This document shows, piece after piece, positions 1 to 8,793 of a stretch of 25,920 bases of DNA (position 1 is its first letter; each line of letters opens with the position of its first letter). The notes under the pieces are model-generated. The model did not search any database. It worked only from the letters and a program-made list of their open reading frames with translations, and had not been told where the DNA came from. Source of the stretch: a virus. Where the stretch lies: the UHGV virus genome UHGV-0142838, one strand, 5' to 3'. The translations under genes were made by a program, and so were the position numbers.

Positions 1-548
1 TTTCACGATTACACGCACCCCACCTGAGAACAGCCATGGGTAAGGGTTTCATGGTTTATGATTTTAGTTTGGTACACAATTTGGTACACATCGCAATTTT
101 CACATCACCGGGCAGTCATAAAACTCACCATAACGCTCTTCGTTGATGATGTACGTGATCACCAAAAATATCGCATCCGGACTAGTTCCATCTTCATGCG
201 TAGGTATCTGTTCATGCCTACCTGTCTGCAAATCCTAAAGATGAGATTTTAGAGTTTTGGGATATCTTTTTATCCTCAGTTCTCTATCCATTCTGCAAAC
301 CAGTAACGAACCATCACCGTGTGATAGTGAGGCATCCGCTACGTTAAGCGCAGAGAAATGATGCAGTGGTGGGCGGATTGGATTGATGAAAAGGTGGTGT
401 GACCCGCCTTAACAACTATCGAATATCACAAAACCTTGCAATCCAGTGCAAAGCTTTGTGTGCAAGAATATTTTCTCACCAACATCATGACAACATTATT
501 CTCTTAGTTAATTACATCGAAAAATCATACATAACCATATTAATTAAC

Positions 549-572
549 AATCTGCGCCTTTTCGACGCAGAT
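549..572 (-). terminator. Putative rho-independent terminator downstream of the tailspike gene
   Basis: Seen in sequence: inverted repeat AATCTGCG ... CGCAGATT (8-bp arms, 8-nt loop) 24-47 nt past the tailspike stop (596-598), flanked by AT/T-rich sequence on both sides. No folding energy computed. Confidence 0.4.
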
Positions 573-595
573 TTCATATTGTTTTATGTTGAATA

Positions 596-2974
596 TCATA
601 TTTTATTTAAGTTATTCTTTTTTAATGTCATCTCTAGTTCTTCGATACGTCTTTCTATATTATCAATTCTCTCCCAGCATTGCTGAATTGATTTAACAAT
701 AGGTGGGATAAACTCATCGTAACCGAGTGAGTAAACATCATCCCCACCATTTTTCAAGTGATGCTGTAGCCCACCGAACTCAACACCTAATTTTTCACAC
801 AGTTTCAATACGTCCTGTGCAATAAACCAGTGATGGTATCGTTGACGTTTTTTACTGCCGTCAGGAGTTTTCTGCACTACTTCAAGATATTTTTCTTCGA
901 CATTCTCAATAGCTGATATAGTAATTCCATCAACATCTCGTTCTACTTTTTTTGGTACAATTCTTGTCTTTTCAATAACATCAATATAATCATCACGCAT
1001 ATCCCAGCGACCATCGACAGGACGAAGCCCAAGGATAAATTCAATCCCCAGCAAAGTATCTCGGATATCTGTTTTATCACGCGCATCAGATCTGTTTTGC
1101 ACAGTTCCATATACATATGTCGTTGTGGAAGAATTGCCAAGCTGCACCTGATTACTTCCTGACACCCTTGCATCATTGCCAACAGTTGTTGTGTTGGTAA
1201 GTGATGATGTGCTTTCCCCTGATTGAGTTAATCTACCTGAATTATGTCCAATAGCCGTGTTTAATGCGCCGGTTGTATTTGTGACAAGAGAGCCAGACCC
1301 AATTGCAACGTTACTGCTTCCCGATGTTGTTCCTTTTAATGCCTGCTGTCCAACCGCAACATTATTATCACCCGTTGCTGCTATAAGTGCCATGTGACCA
1401 ATAGAAACGGTAAATGAACCTAGCGTTTGAGTTTCACCGCATGCACCATAACCAATTACAACAACATTATCTGTAATTGTTGACTCGGTTGCCGCTCCAG
1501 CACCAATAACAACGCTTTCATTCCCGGCAAGATTCTTGCGCATTGCGAACATTCCAATGCCAACATTATCATGCCCAGTCCCTGTACCTGCTGCCTCCGC
1601 AGCACCAAGACAGTTTCCCGCTCTGTAGCCAACCATGGTGTTATTTGAACCAATAGAGAAGTCTCCGGCAAAAGAGCCTACGTATACACTATTAGACTGA
1701 GAGTAATCTCCAGGATTTCCATTCGCCCGATATCCTACTGCAACTGTATAAATAGTATCTGGAGCCTCAGCCATGGCCTCAAAGCCAACTCCAACGTTAT
1801 ATCTACCGCCCTTAACTTTTTCTCCTGCACCAAGTCCGAAGAATGAGTTATAGCTCCCGGTTGTTAGCCACTCGCCAGCAACAGAACCTACAGCAGTGTT
1901 TCCTGTTCCAGTACATCGATACAAAGTCAGGAAGCCAACTCCGGTATTATTATTTCCTGAAATATTACTCATCAATGATTTTGACCCAATGGCAGTATTG
2001 TTAACACCATCGGTCAGATCCTGTAACGCTCGCGGGCCAAATGCTGTATTATCGTAACCCTTTGGCGCTGTTGTTGGATCTGGTAACTCCGGGGTTAGTT
2101 TTTCACCACCACCACCATTGGCACAAAGATTGTAAGATCGAATAAATTCAGCCACTGGCCCAAGTTTTAAATAACCATTGGCAATATTAATTCTGACACT
2201 TACATTAACTGAGCTACCAGGAGCTTCTATTGTCCTGTCATCAACCCAAGTAAAACTCTGTGGTACCCCGTCATAAGTTAATGTCACATCTCCTTTATCA
2301 TTATAATTATAGAACAATGTATAACGCTCATTTATAGATTCAGAACCTGATGAGCCTCCTCTCCTCCACCACTCTGCATTATCAAAAATAAGTAATCCTG
2401 GACCATAATATTTTCCCTTCTGACCCAAGATCATAGGAGTCGATAATCGCCACCTTCCCTCTGGAACATATACATCGATCCCAGTTCTTTCTGCGTCTTT
2501 AAACGATTCATCACATAATAAAACACCACCTTCAACAGCACCAAATCCACGAACATCACCATTATCTCTCCATCGAGCAATTTGCAACTCAGGATACTTC
2601 TTAGCGCCATCAATGTCTTCTAATTGGTCCCGCAGCTGATCAGGATCATACTTCAGTACATTAGGAAAATAGAACTGCTGAGCACCGTAAGCATCATATA
2701 CAGCCATAGAATGGCCTTGCACAGTTACGAACTTGGCAATCTGTCCGTTATATACAGGGTAACCAGCAGCGTTAAGGATGATTGGTTGTGAAACAGGAAT
2801 GTGAGAACCATCTTCACTCTCTACATAAACCTGAATCTGGTTTTCAGGATTTACCGGGTCAGTGTCAATTTTACCGATATAAATTTTGCCATTAGCTACG
2901 GCTTTAAAAGAGCGAGCCATAGTGAAGAGTTGCGATGGCATCCCAATTACAACATTTGTGGTTATATTAGGCAT
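596..2974 (-). CDS. Tailspike / tail fibre: P22-type N-terminal head-binding domain, glycine-rich repeat central region, C-terminal intramolecular chaperone (peptidase S74-like)
   Basis: ORF track 596..3067. Residues [17 protein letters not shown]...[26 protein letters not shown]...[15 protein letters not shown]...NVLKYDPDQ closely match the P22 gp9 N-terminal domain as I recall it. Central region has repeated N-T-A-I/V-G / G-x-x-A motifs. C-terminus has S-D-A-R-D-K, the S-D-x-x-x-K spacing of the endosialidase/T5 pb1 chaperone family. Start chosen at ATG 2974 (AGGA 8 nt upstream, aligns with P22 MTDITANVV); the longer 3067 start has no SD. Confidence 0.85.
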   Translation of the reverse strand: MPNITTNVVIGMPSQLFTMARSFKAVANGKIYIGKIDTDPVNPENQIQVYVESEDGSHIPVSQPIILNAAGYPVYNGQIAKFVTVQGHSMAVYDAYGAQQFYFPNVLKYDPDQLRDQLEDIDGAKKYPELQIARWRDNGDVRGFGAVEGGVLLCDESFKDAERTGIDVYVPEGRWRLSTPMILGQKGKYYGPGLLIFDNAEWWRRGGSSGSESINERYTLFYNYNDKGDVTLTYDGVPQSFTWVDDRTIEAPGSSVNVSVRINIANGYLKLGPVAEFIRSYNLCANGGGGEKLTPELPDPTTAPKGYDNTAFGPRALQDLTDGVNNTAIGSKSLMSNISGNNNTGVGFLTLYRCTGTGNTAVGSVAGEWLTTGSYNSFFGLGAGEKVKGGRYNVGVGFEAMAEAPDTIYTVAVGYRANGNPGDYSQSNSVYVGSFAGDFSIGSNNTMVGYRAGNCLGAAEAAGTGTGHDNVGIGMFAMRKNLAGNESVVIGAGAATESTITDNVVVIGYGACGETQTLGSFTVSIGHMALIAATGDNNVAVGQQALKGTTSGSSNVAIGSGSLVTNTTGALNTAIGHNSGRLTQSGESTSSLTNTTTVGNDARVSGSNQVQLGNSSTTTYVYGTVQNRSDARDKTDIRDTLLGIEFILGLRPVDGRWDMRDDYIDVIEKTRIVPKKVERDVDGITISAIENVEEKYLEVVQKTPDGSKKRQRYHHWFIAQDVLKLCEKLGVEFGGLQHHLKNGGDDVYSLGYDEFIPPIVKSIQQCWERIDNIERRIEELEMTLKKNNLNKI

Positions 2975-3319
2975 ATTAGTCATCCTGTTTGAAAACTTAG
3001 AAATTGAATAAAAAGGAATGACTGCAGACAAAGATGCAAGTGTTTTGAAAAATAATCTTCTATTCATTTTAAATCATGCAACACAAACAAAACGATTATT
3101 TTACAGCGTGCATGAATCTTGATCAACAGGCATATATTTTAATTGCTGAATACGTCACTTAAAAATGACAAGTACTACTTTTATTCCTATCATCCATGAT
3201 TTTAATTTTCAAATATTATTAAATAACAATTCCTATTTATAATATCTGTCATTTAATTTGCTCCAGATACAAGTAATCGCTGCAGCGTGGCAGCAGTGAA
3301 ACATTATCAATCATACAAC

Positions 3320-3336
3320 AAGACCACCGTGGTCTT
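3320..3336. promoter_or_regulatory. 17-bp perfect palindrome AAGACCAC-C-GTGGTCTT; candidate Mnt operator
   Basis: Seen in sequence: 8-bp arms around a central C, 63 bp upstream of the mnt start. Resembles the 17-bp symmetric P22 mnt operator (core CCACGGTGG) as I recall it. A -35-like TTATTG (3335-3340) and -10-like TAATAA (3358-3363) with 17-bp spacing overlap the right arm; these promoter calls are inference. Confidence 0.5.
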
Positions 3337-3398
3337 ATTGAGGATGCAACCAGCAGATAATAAGATGCCGATCCACTCACAAAAGCGAGGCATCAAGA

Positions 3399-3650
3399 AT
3401 GGGAAGAGATGACCCGCAATTTAATCTGCGGCTACCTTACGAATTAAAGGAAAAACTAAAACAGAGAGCCAAATCCAATGGCCGCTCTCTTAATTCAGAA
3501 TTAGTTCAGATAGTGACTGATGCTGTATCAAAGCCATCCAAAATTTCAGGCTATCGAGACGATGCGGAACGCATCGCTGATGAGCAGTCCGAACTTGTTA
3601 AGAAGATGGTGTTTGATACGCTGAAGGATTTATACAAAAAACCCACCTGA
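3399..3650 (+). CDS. mnt: Mnt-type ribbon-helix-helix repressor (Arc/MetJ superfamily)
   Basis: 83-aa product MGRDDPQFNLRLPYELKEKLKQRAKSNGRSLNSELVQIV...AERIADEQSELVKKMVFDTLKDLYKK matches P22 Mnt in length and along most of its sequence (from memory). Opposite strand to the late genes, as in P22. Confidence 0.9.
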   Translation: MGRDDPQFNLRLPYELKEKLKQRAKSNGRSLNSELVQIVTDAVSKPSKISGYRDDAERIADEQSELVKKMVFDTLKDLYKKPT

Positions 3651-3659
3651 TGGTGGGTT
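3640..3659. terminator. Hairpin terminator between convergent mnt and lipoprotein gene
   Basis: Seen in sequence: AACCCACC-TGAT-GGTGGGTT, perfect 8-bp stem with 4-nt loop. The mnt stop codon TGA is the loop. On the minus strand it is followed by TTTTGTATA, so it is convincing for the 3667-4086 gene; the plus-strand U-tract is weak. Confidence 0.6.
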
Positions 3660-3666
3660 CCATTCA

Positions 3667-4086
3667 TTAGTCTTGCTTTGTGGACGGTATAAGGGATGCA
3701 TTTGCCTCTTTAGGCTTCAAGGTATACATCCCACCATTAAATGGATCTACAGCAAGCCAACCAATTAACCCACCAAACACAAGGTTTCCACCAATATACC
3801 AACCATTAGCATTGGCTTTGATTGGAAGGGTAACTGGTTCGTACCCATCCTTCTCCATAGTGATCTGGTAGCTCTTTTTGCCAAAATAGCTACCATCTGA
3901 CTTGGCGAGTGTTACACCTTGTGGAGTCTTACCTTGCGCAACAATCACACCCGATTCATCTTTTACCTTAAAGGTCGCGCCAGAAGGATTGCTGTTCACC
4001 TGCACAAGTTGCGTTTCATCACCAACAATAGTTGCGCACCCAGATAACATGATAACGCCAGCAACAACGCCGATAATCCTCTTCAT
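3667..4086 (-). CDS. Lipoprotein with PEGA-like domain and glycine-rich hydrophobic C-terminal segment; function unknown (moron)
   Basis: 139-aa ORF. N-terminus MKRIIGVVAGVIMLSGC is a signal peptide with lipobox L-S-G-C. VNSNPSGATFKVKDESG...GKTP fits the PEGA pattern. C-terminal WYIGGNLVFGGLIGWLAVDPFNGG is glycine-zipper-like. Sits where P22 has sieA/hkcC; AT-rich relative to the structural genes. Confidence 0.7.
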   Translation of the reverse strand: MKRIIGVVAGVIMLSGCATIVGDETQLVQVNSNPSGATFKVKDESGVIVAQGKTPQGVTLAKSDGSYFGKKSYQITMEKDGYEPVTLPIKANANGWYIGGNLVFGGLIGWLAVDPFNGGMYTLKPKEANASLIPSTKQD

Positions 4087-4220
4087 ATTACTTTCCGTTT
4101 TGTTAGAATCAGAAAGATCTTAATAATAAAAAGTATTTCCGTGAAGATATTGTCGATTGAGTTAATAACTCATTTACACCCAACAGTGCCATGATGGCAA
4201 AGATAAGGAGAGTTAATCAT

Positions 4221-4706
4221 ATGAAAAAATCACTGTTAATTATCCCGCTTCTGCTGGCAGGGTGTGCAAAGGTTAGCGACTATCAGGCAAGTTGCGAACA
4301 ACGCTATCCAAAGCTTAGCGATATGGCTAATTGCCTTGATGCCAGTGTGAAGAACGACTCACGCATGGCATCTTCACCAATACCTAAGCTGTATGTCCTT
4401 GCTGCAAAGATGCTCGGGCAAGGTGTTGATGAAGGTAAGATAAGTGACGCACAGGCAAGACTTGAGCTTCAGAATCTTTATGTTCAACTACAAAGCCAAG
4501 AACAAGCCCAACAAATAGCGCAAAGCCAAGCATTCCAGCAGGCTTTATTGAATTATCAGGCTGTAAACACAATGCAAGCGATCGAGCAAAAAGCGAGACA
4601 GCCTGTTATAACTCAACCCTATCCAACACGAGTTGACACTTACACAAACTGCAATTCAGGGTTTGGGAATACAGTCACATGCAACAGTAGCAGTAACATC
4701 AGATAA
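4221..4706 (+). CDS. Lipoprotein with cysteine-containing N-terminal part and Q-rich predicted helical region; function unknown (moron)
   Basis: ORF track 4191..4706; start placed at ATG 4221 (AAGGAG at 4205-4210). MKKSLLIIPLLLAGC is a signal peptide with lipobox L-A-G-C. Q/A-rich stretch LELQNLYVQLQSQEQAQQIAQSQAFQQALLNYQAV. Divergent from the 3667-4086 gene; I recognise no family. Confidence 0.65.
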   Translation: MKKSLLIIPLLLAGCAKVSDYQASCEQRYPKLSDMANCLDASVKNDSRMASSPIPKLYVLAAKMLGQGVDEGKISDAQARLELQNLYVQLQSQEQAQQIAQSQAFQQALLNYQAVNTMQAIEQKARQPVITQPYPTRVDTYTNCNSGFGNTVTCNSSSNIR

Positions 4707-4796
4707 CAATCAGCAAAGGTATCGCCTATGCAGAGGGATACGATAAACCTCGCGTTCTACATATTTGGTTTTTGCACTTTCCTGGTGTTTGAAAAG

Positions 4797-6794
4797 CTAT
4801 TCTGACAACGCATCAGACTTAGCCCCCTGCGTCAGAGTGTTAATTGCTTTTTGTGCCTGCTGCATTGCTTTCTCAAAGGCTGTTGATCCGCGTGGGGTGT
4901 TTGCCATTCGGAGCATTGCATTTCTGAATGGCTTGCTCTCATAGGCGCGAGTAAGAAGTCCGTAGCTTACTGCTGCGCCAGTTGTCACCGGGTTCATTGC
5001 CGTCCCATACCCAATAATGAACGGGATAGTTTGCTGCCCTGTGGGTGTTGTTACTGCCGCTTTTGCAGCCTGCTGCGTGGATTGCAGGTAGTTTTTTAAT
5101 CCTTTCAGATAAGCAGCGTCCTGCCCCTTAAATGTGATGCCAGTCTGGTTTTGCAGGATGTTAAGCTGCCGAAGGAACTGGTCAGGGGATCCGCCAGATT
5201 TCTCCATCGCCTTTCCAATGATGCCATTGCGCATTTGCGCCCTGCCAACACGACCAACTGAGTTATATAGCGTCTTAATTTCCGATTTGTTCTTGCTGAA
5301 TAGCATGTTGTTGACAACTTCCGGCGTCAGGTCGCCTTTCATGAGAACATTCTTCAGCCTGGTATTCTTTAGTTTCGCCGCTTCGTCAGCGTAGACGGCA
5401 TTGGCCTGCTGATATTTACGGAGAGTATCGTTGCCAAGATTCTGACCAATGGCACCATTGATATCGTCAGTCATTGCCTTGTAAACGCGCTGAATAGCAG
5501 CATCGGAACGGTTTGGTAACACTGGTCGCTCACCCTTCACGTCCATTCTGAACTGGCTGCGCAGGTCGCTTAATTGCTTCAAATCCAGATTTACCGGACC
5601 ATCAGGGCCAGCATTGCGAACAAGCTCATCACGATATGACTGAAGTTTTGAAATTGTCTCGTTATCAGCTACCTTACCAAGCTTCTGCAGATTAGATATC
5701 TCAGTATCAATCTGCTGAATTGCTCGCGCAGGCTGGATATTGACTCCCGCCATTGCATTCTGAACCTGCTCAAGACGGTTCCCTGCGGCACGACGAATTC
5801 CTGATGTTTTCGCTTTAAGGCTGTCAATAACAACCGCTGGATCATACTCACCGAATTTATCGGCAAATCTCTGCACCAACTGGCTTCTCGCTTCCTGTTG
5901 CGTTGCTCTCATTCCGCTTGTGCCAGCCAGAGGGATATTTTCTGCTGTAGTCTGCGCCATTTTTCCGACGCGGGAAGTGGGTTGTAACAGGTCTGTGGTG
6001 TGCAGAGGAACTCCTTCACGCTCTGCAAATCTGATAGCCTGCTGCGCTTCTGGCGCAATAGCACCACTAACGCCACGATAAGCAGCACCTAATCCACGTC
6101 CAGCAGCGTTAATAGCGCCGCCTGCCAGAACGCCAACACCTAAATCGGTGGCGAGGGCTTCCGCATCATCTTTCGCACTATTTGCAGCAAGTGACCCGAC
6201 TGCGTTTTCAGCGAGAAGGCGAGTTGCACCCTGAGCGATTCTACCAGCTAGTGTTGGTGCCTGTGCCGCCGCTCTCTCAACGCCAGCAGGAGTGAGGTAA
6301 GGCAATGCTTCAGCAAATACCCTTCCCTCTGTCGTTTGTGGAGTCAGCGCGCCTTGCTGAAGGCCAAAGTCCTGCTCTAATCCCTGCGTTGTTACTCGTG
6401 GCGCTGGTTGATATGTACCATCGCCAATGCCGAGTTTACCGCCAGCCCAAGCCGCCGCGCTTGTTACAGCATCGGCAACTGATGCGGGTATGTTTGCCAC
6501 GTTCACGCCAGCCTGCGCCAGTCCGCGACCAGTCTCTTTTACTGCTTCGCCAAGATCAGACATAAATCCACTTTGCTGTGGTTGTTGCTGTGCTACTGGT
6601 TGCTGTGTCTCCACTTGCTGCGCAGATGGCAATGGATAGGCAGCATAGAAAGCTTGCTTGGCCTGCTCTGCATTTTCTCCGGCTTGCGGGGCAACGACTT
6701 CATTGAAGTATTGCTCCTGAGCCTGCGCTTTTTGTTCTGGTGCTAACGCCTGATACTGTGGAGAGGCGATAACATCTTTCCATGCTTTAGCCAT
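4797..6794 (-). CDS. Ejection (DNA-injection) protein, P22 gp16 / Sf6 gp13 position
   Basis: 665-aa ORF, last of three genes after the gp14-like gene, as in the P22 order 14-7-20-16. Start overlaps the upstream stop. Assigned mainly by synteny and size. Confidence 0.7.
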   Translation of the reverse strand: MAKAWKDVIASPQYQALAPEQKAQAQEQYFNEVVAPQAGENAEQAKQAFYAAYPLPSAQQVETQQPVAQQQPQQSGFMSDLGEAVKETGRGLAQAGVNVANIPASVADAVTSAAAWAGGKLGIGDGTYQPAPRVTTQGLEQDFGLQQGALTPQTTEGRVFAEALPYLTPAGVERAAAQAPTLAGRIAQGATRLLAENAVGSLAANSAKDDAEALATDLGVGVLAGGAINAAGRGLGAAYRGVSGAIAPEAQQAIRFAEREGVPLHTTDLLQPTSRVGKMAQTTAENIPLAGTSGMRATQQEARSQLVQRFADKFGEYDPAVVIDSLKAKTSGIRRAAGNRLEQVQNAMAGVNIQPARAIQQIDTEISNLQKLGKVADNETISKLQSYRDELVRNAGPDGPVNLDLKQLSDLRSQFRMDVKGERPVLPNRSDAAIQRVYKAMTDDINGAIGQNLGNDTLRKYQQANAVYADEAAKLKNTRLKNVLMKGDLTPEVVNNMLFSKNKSEIKTLYNSVGRVGRAQMRNGIIGKAMEKSGGSPDQFLRQLNILQNQTGITFKGQDAAYLKGLKNYLQSTQQAAKAAVTTPTGQQTIPFIIGYGTAMNPVTTGAAVSYGLLTRAYESKPFRNAMLRMANTPRGSTAFEKAMQQAQKAINTLTQGAKSDALSE

Positions 6795-8089
6795 TAATCA
6801 CCCCATAGTGAAGAAAAGTTACTGCCAGTAGTAGATTGTTGCCCTGGCATATTCTGTACTGGCTCCTGATAATCAAACTGTTTTTTAACAGTGCTCAACT
6901 TGCTTTCAAGCTGATTTCTAATCTTTCCGATAGAGTCACGAAAAGCCTTTTCACTCATTTTGGGGCTTAGGGCACCAACCGCATCGGATAATTTTTTACC
7001 CTCAGCATCTGAAAGAGCGCCCATTCCCTTCAGGGACTGCACCATAGGAAGGAATGTTTGAGCTTTAAAGGTGTCGAGCCTTGCTTCAAAGTTAGCCGCA
7101 TCAGAGCCAGGAACTGTCGGAAACGCTGAGCGAATTCCTACTGCTTTTGAAAGGCCGGGGCTTTGCTCTATCTCGTTGAGAGAATCAAGCGCGGTGCTGA
7201 ACGTATCAACTGCACCCTGAGCGGCGGCCTGCCTGTCAGCGCGGGCTATGTCAGCCTTTTGCCGAACATCTGCCTGTTTCTGTTTTAGCTCTTCAAGCTT
7301 TAACTGATTGCTTTCTCTGGCTATCTGTCTGTCCAGAGCCTTTTCTTGTAATTCTGCTCTTTGTATTTCGCGGGAAAGAGCAGCATTCTGTGCGCTGATG
7401 TTCTGTCCACGTATCTGGATGTCCTGACCACGCGCTGTTAGTGCTTCTCCAGCCTGATTGCTGCGGATTGTCTCTGCCAGTCTGCCTCGGTCAATCTCAC
7501 GACCAGCCATCTTGTCCTGAACATTGAAGTAGTCAATCGGACCGAGAGCAGCCATCCCAAGGTGATCAACAAACTCACCAAATCCTGAAGGGTTTTGCTG
7601 ATACATCTGAGCAACGCTGTTAGGGTCAACACCGACGCGAGTCAGTTCCTTGGCGTTGTTTTGCAGCCATGATTGCATTGCTTCTGGAGACGATGACGCA
7701 AGGCGTGCGCCAGCCGCTAAGGTGCCGATAGAATTACGCTGCTCTTCATCAATGAATCCCATGCCTTTACGAACGGATTCAATCTGGTCTGGATATTGAG
7801 TAGCCAACTGACGCAAAGCACCGCGATCACCAGACGCATAAGCATTAGCGTATGCCTGCTGAAATTCTTTCTGCCGCTGAGCCTGCTTTTCCTGCTGAAA
7901 CACCCCTGCAATACCTGAAAGGCCTTGCAAAGCAGTCAGCCCAACATTGTTAGCGCCTGAACGCTCAATATCATTGTTCTGCCTGATAAGCTGAAGCGTA
8001 TTGCCGATGTCATTTACGCTCGGAGCGTTTGAGTTGACGCCGCCGATACCAGCCAACAATCCGCCGTTTGTTCCTTGCCAAGTAGCCAT
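6794..8089 (-). CDS. Ejection protein, P22 gp20 / Sf6 gp12 position
   Basis: 431-aa ORF; synteny within the P22-like ejection cluster; coiled-coil-like central region. Confidence 0.7.
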   Translation of the reverse strand: MATWQGTNGGLLAGIGGVNSNAPSVNDIGNTLQLIRQNNDIERSGANNVGLTALQGLSGIAGVFQQEKQAQRQKEFQQAYANAYASGDRGALRQLATQYPDQIESVRKGMGFIDEEQRNSIGTLAAGARLASSSPEAMQSWLQNNAKELTRVGVDPNSVAQMYQQNPSGFGEFVDHLGMAALGPIDYFNVQDKMAGREIDRGRLAETIRSNQAGEALTARGQDIQIRGQNISAQNAALSREIQRAELQEKALDRQIARESNQLKLEELKQKQADVRQKADIARADRQAAAQGAVDTFSTALDSLNEIEQSPGLSKAVGIRSAFPTVPGSDAANFEARLDTFKAQTFLPMVQSLKGMGALSDAEGKKLSDAVGALSPKMSEKAFRDSIGKIRNQLESKLSTVKKQFDYQEPVQNMPGQQSTTGSNFSSLWGD

Positions 8090-8098
8090 GATTACCCC

Positions 8099-8791
8099 TT
8101 AAAACAACGAGCCAAGCAATCCGATACCAGCACCAATGCCAGCGCCCCAAGGCGTTGATGTTCCCAAAAGGCTGGCAAGACCTGCACCGGCAATCGCACC
8201 AGACGTGCCGCCGCTAATTGCAGTCTGAAGACTTGATGGTTTATTGGCATTAGCAGCGGCAAGTGCTGCGCTTTGCTGTGCAATGCTGCTCATGTTGTTG
8301 GCGTACGTCTGCCCGGCGTTTGCCTGACCTTGCAGCGCACCAAGCCCAACGTTTGCCAGATTGTTGTAATTGCTCATCTGATTTGATAACCAAGACTGAC
8401 CGAGTGTCGGCGCGATCGTAGCCAGTTGATTGCTTGTGGCTGTCGAACCAAGGCCACCAGTCGCCTCCGCAGCAGCAAGACTCTGGTAACGAGCCTGACC
8501 TGCAAGGTCTTTATACTGCTGAGAGTTGTAATACTGATTAAGTGCCTGCCCCTGACCTTCTAAACTGGAAAGATTCTGAAGCTGGTTAACATACTGCTCC
8601 GCAAGCGGCGTGAACGGAGCAAGGTTTTTCATGATCGTCTGCCACTGCTGATTTTGCAGGTCTGCGGCATACTTCTGAGCTTCTGCTGCATACTTTGCGC
8701 TTTTATCAGAGCTGCCACCTTTCCCGCCTTTTTCAGGGCAATAAGGTTCCTCGCCACGCAGTTTTCTGCCTAGCTTAAATGCATATAACAT
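8099..8791 (-). CDS. Ejection protein, P22 gp7-like
   Basis: 230-aa ORF beginning MLYAFKLGRKLRGEEPYCPEKGGKGGSS, which matches the P22 gp7 N-terminus as I recall it (229 aa); Gly/Ala/Gln-rich remainder. Confidence 0.8.
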   Translation of the reverse strand: MLYAFKLGRKLRGEEPYCPEKGGKGGSSDKSAKYAAEAQKYAADLQNQQWQTIMKNLAPFTPLAEQYVNQLQNLSSLEGQGQALNQYYNSQQYKDLAGQARYQSLAAAEATGGLGSTATSNQLATIAPTLGQSWLSNQMSNYNNLANVGLGALQGQANAGQTYANNMSSIAQQSAALAAANANKPSSLQTAISGGTSGAIAGAGLASLLGTSTPWGAGIGAGIGLLGSLF

Positions 8792-8793
8792 GG

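Noticed and set aside
58-252. 64-codon plus-strand ORF in the leftmost non-coding region
   Set aside because: Its translation is dominated by the tandem DNA repeat (WYTIWYT) and has no start context; more likely a regulatory or att region than a gene.
399-686. 95-codon plus-strand ORF overlapping the 3' end of the tailspike gene
   Set aside because: AT-rich, Ile/Leu/Phe/Asn-rich translation spanning the putative terminator hairpin and overlapping the tailspike chaperone domain on the other strand; most likely spurious.
943-2613. Short nested ORFs inside the tailspike gene (943-1182, 1456-1671, 2431-2613, all on the minus strand in other frames)
   Set aside because: Alternative frames of the same strand within a confident CDS; no independent start signals.
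6305-6639. Plus-strand ORFs (86 and 70 codons) with Cys-rich translation opposite the gp16-like gene
   Set aside because: Antisense to the Ala/Gln-rich region of the ejection protein; the composition is a mirror artefact of that low-complexity coding sequence.
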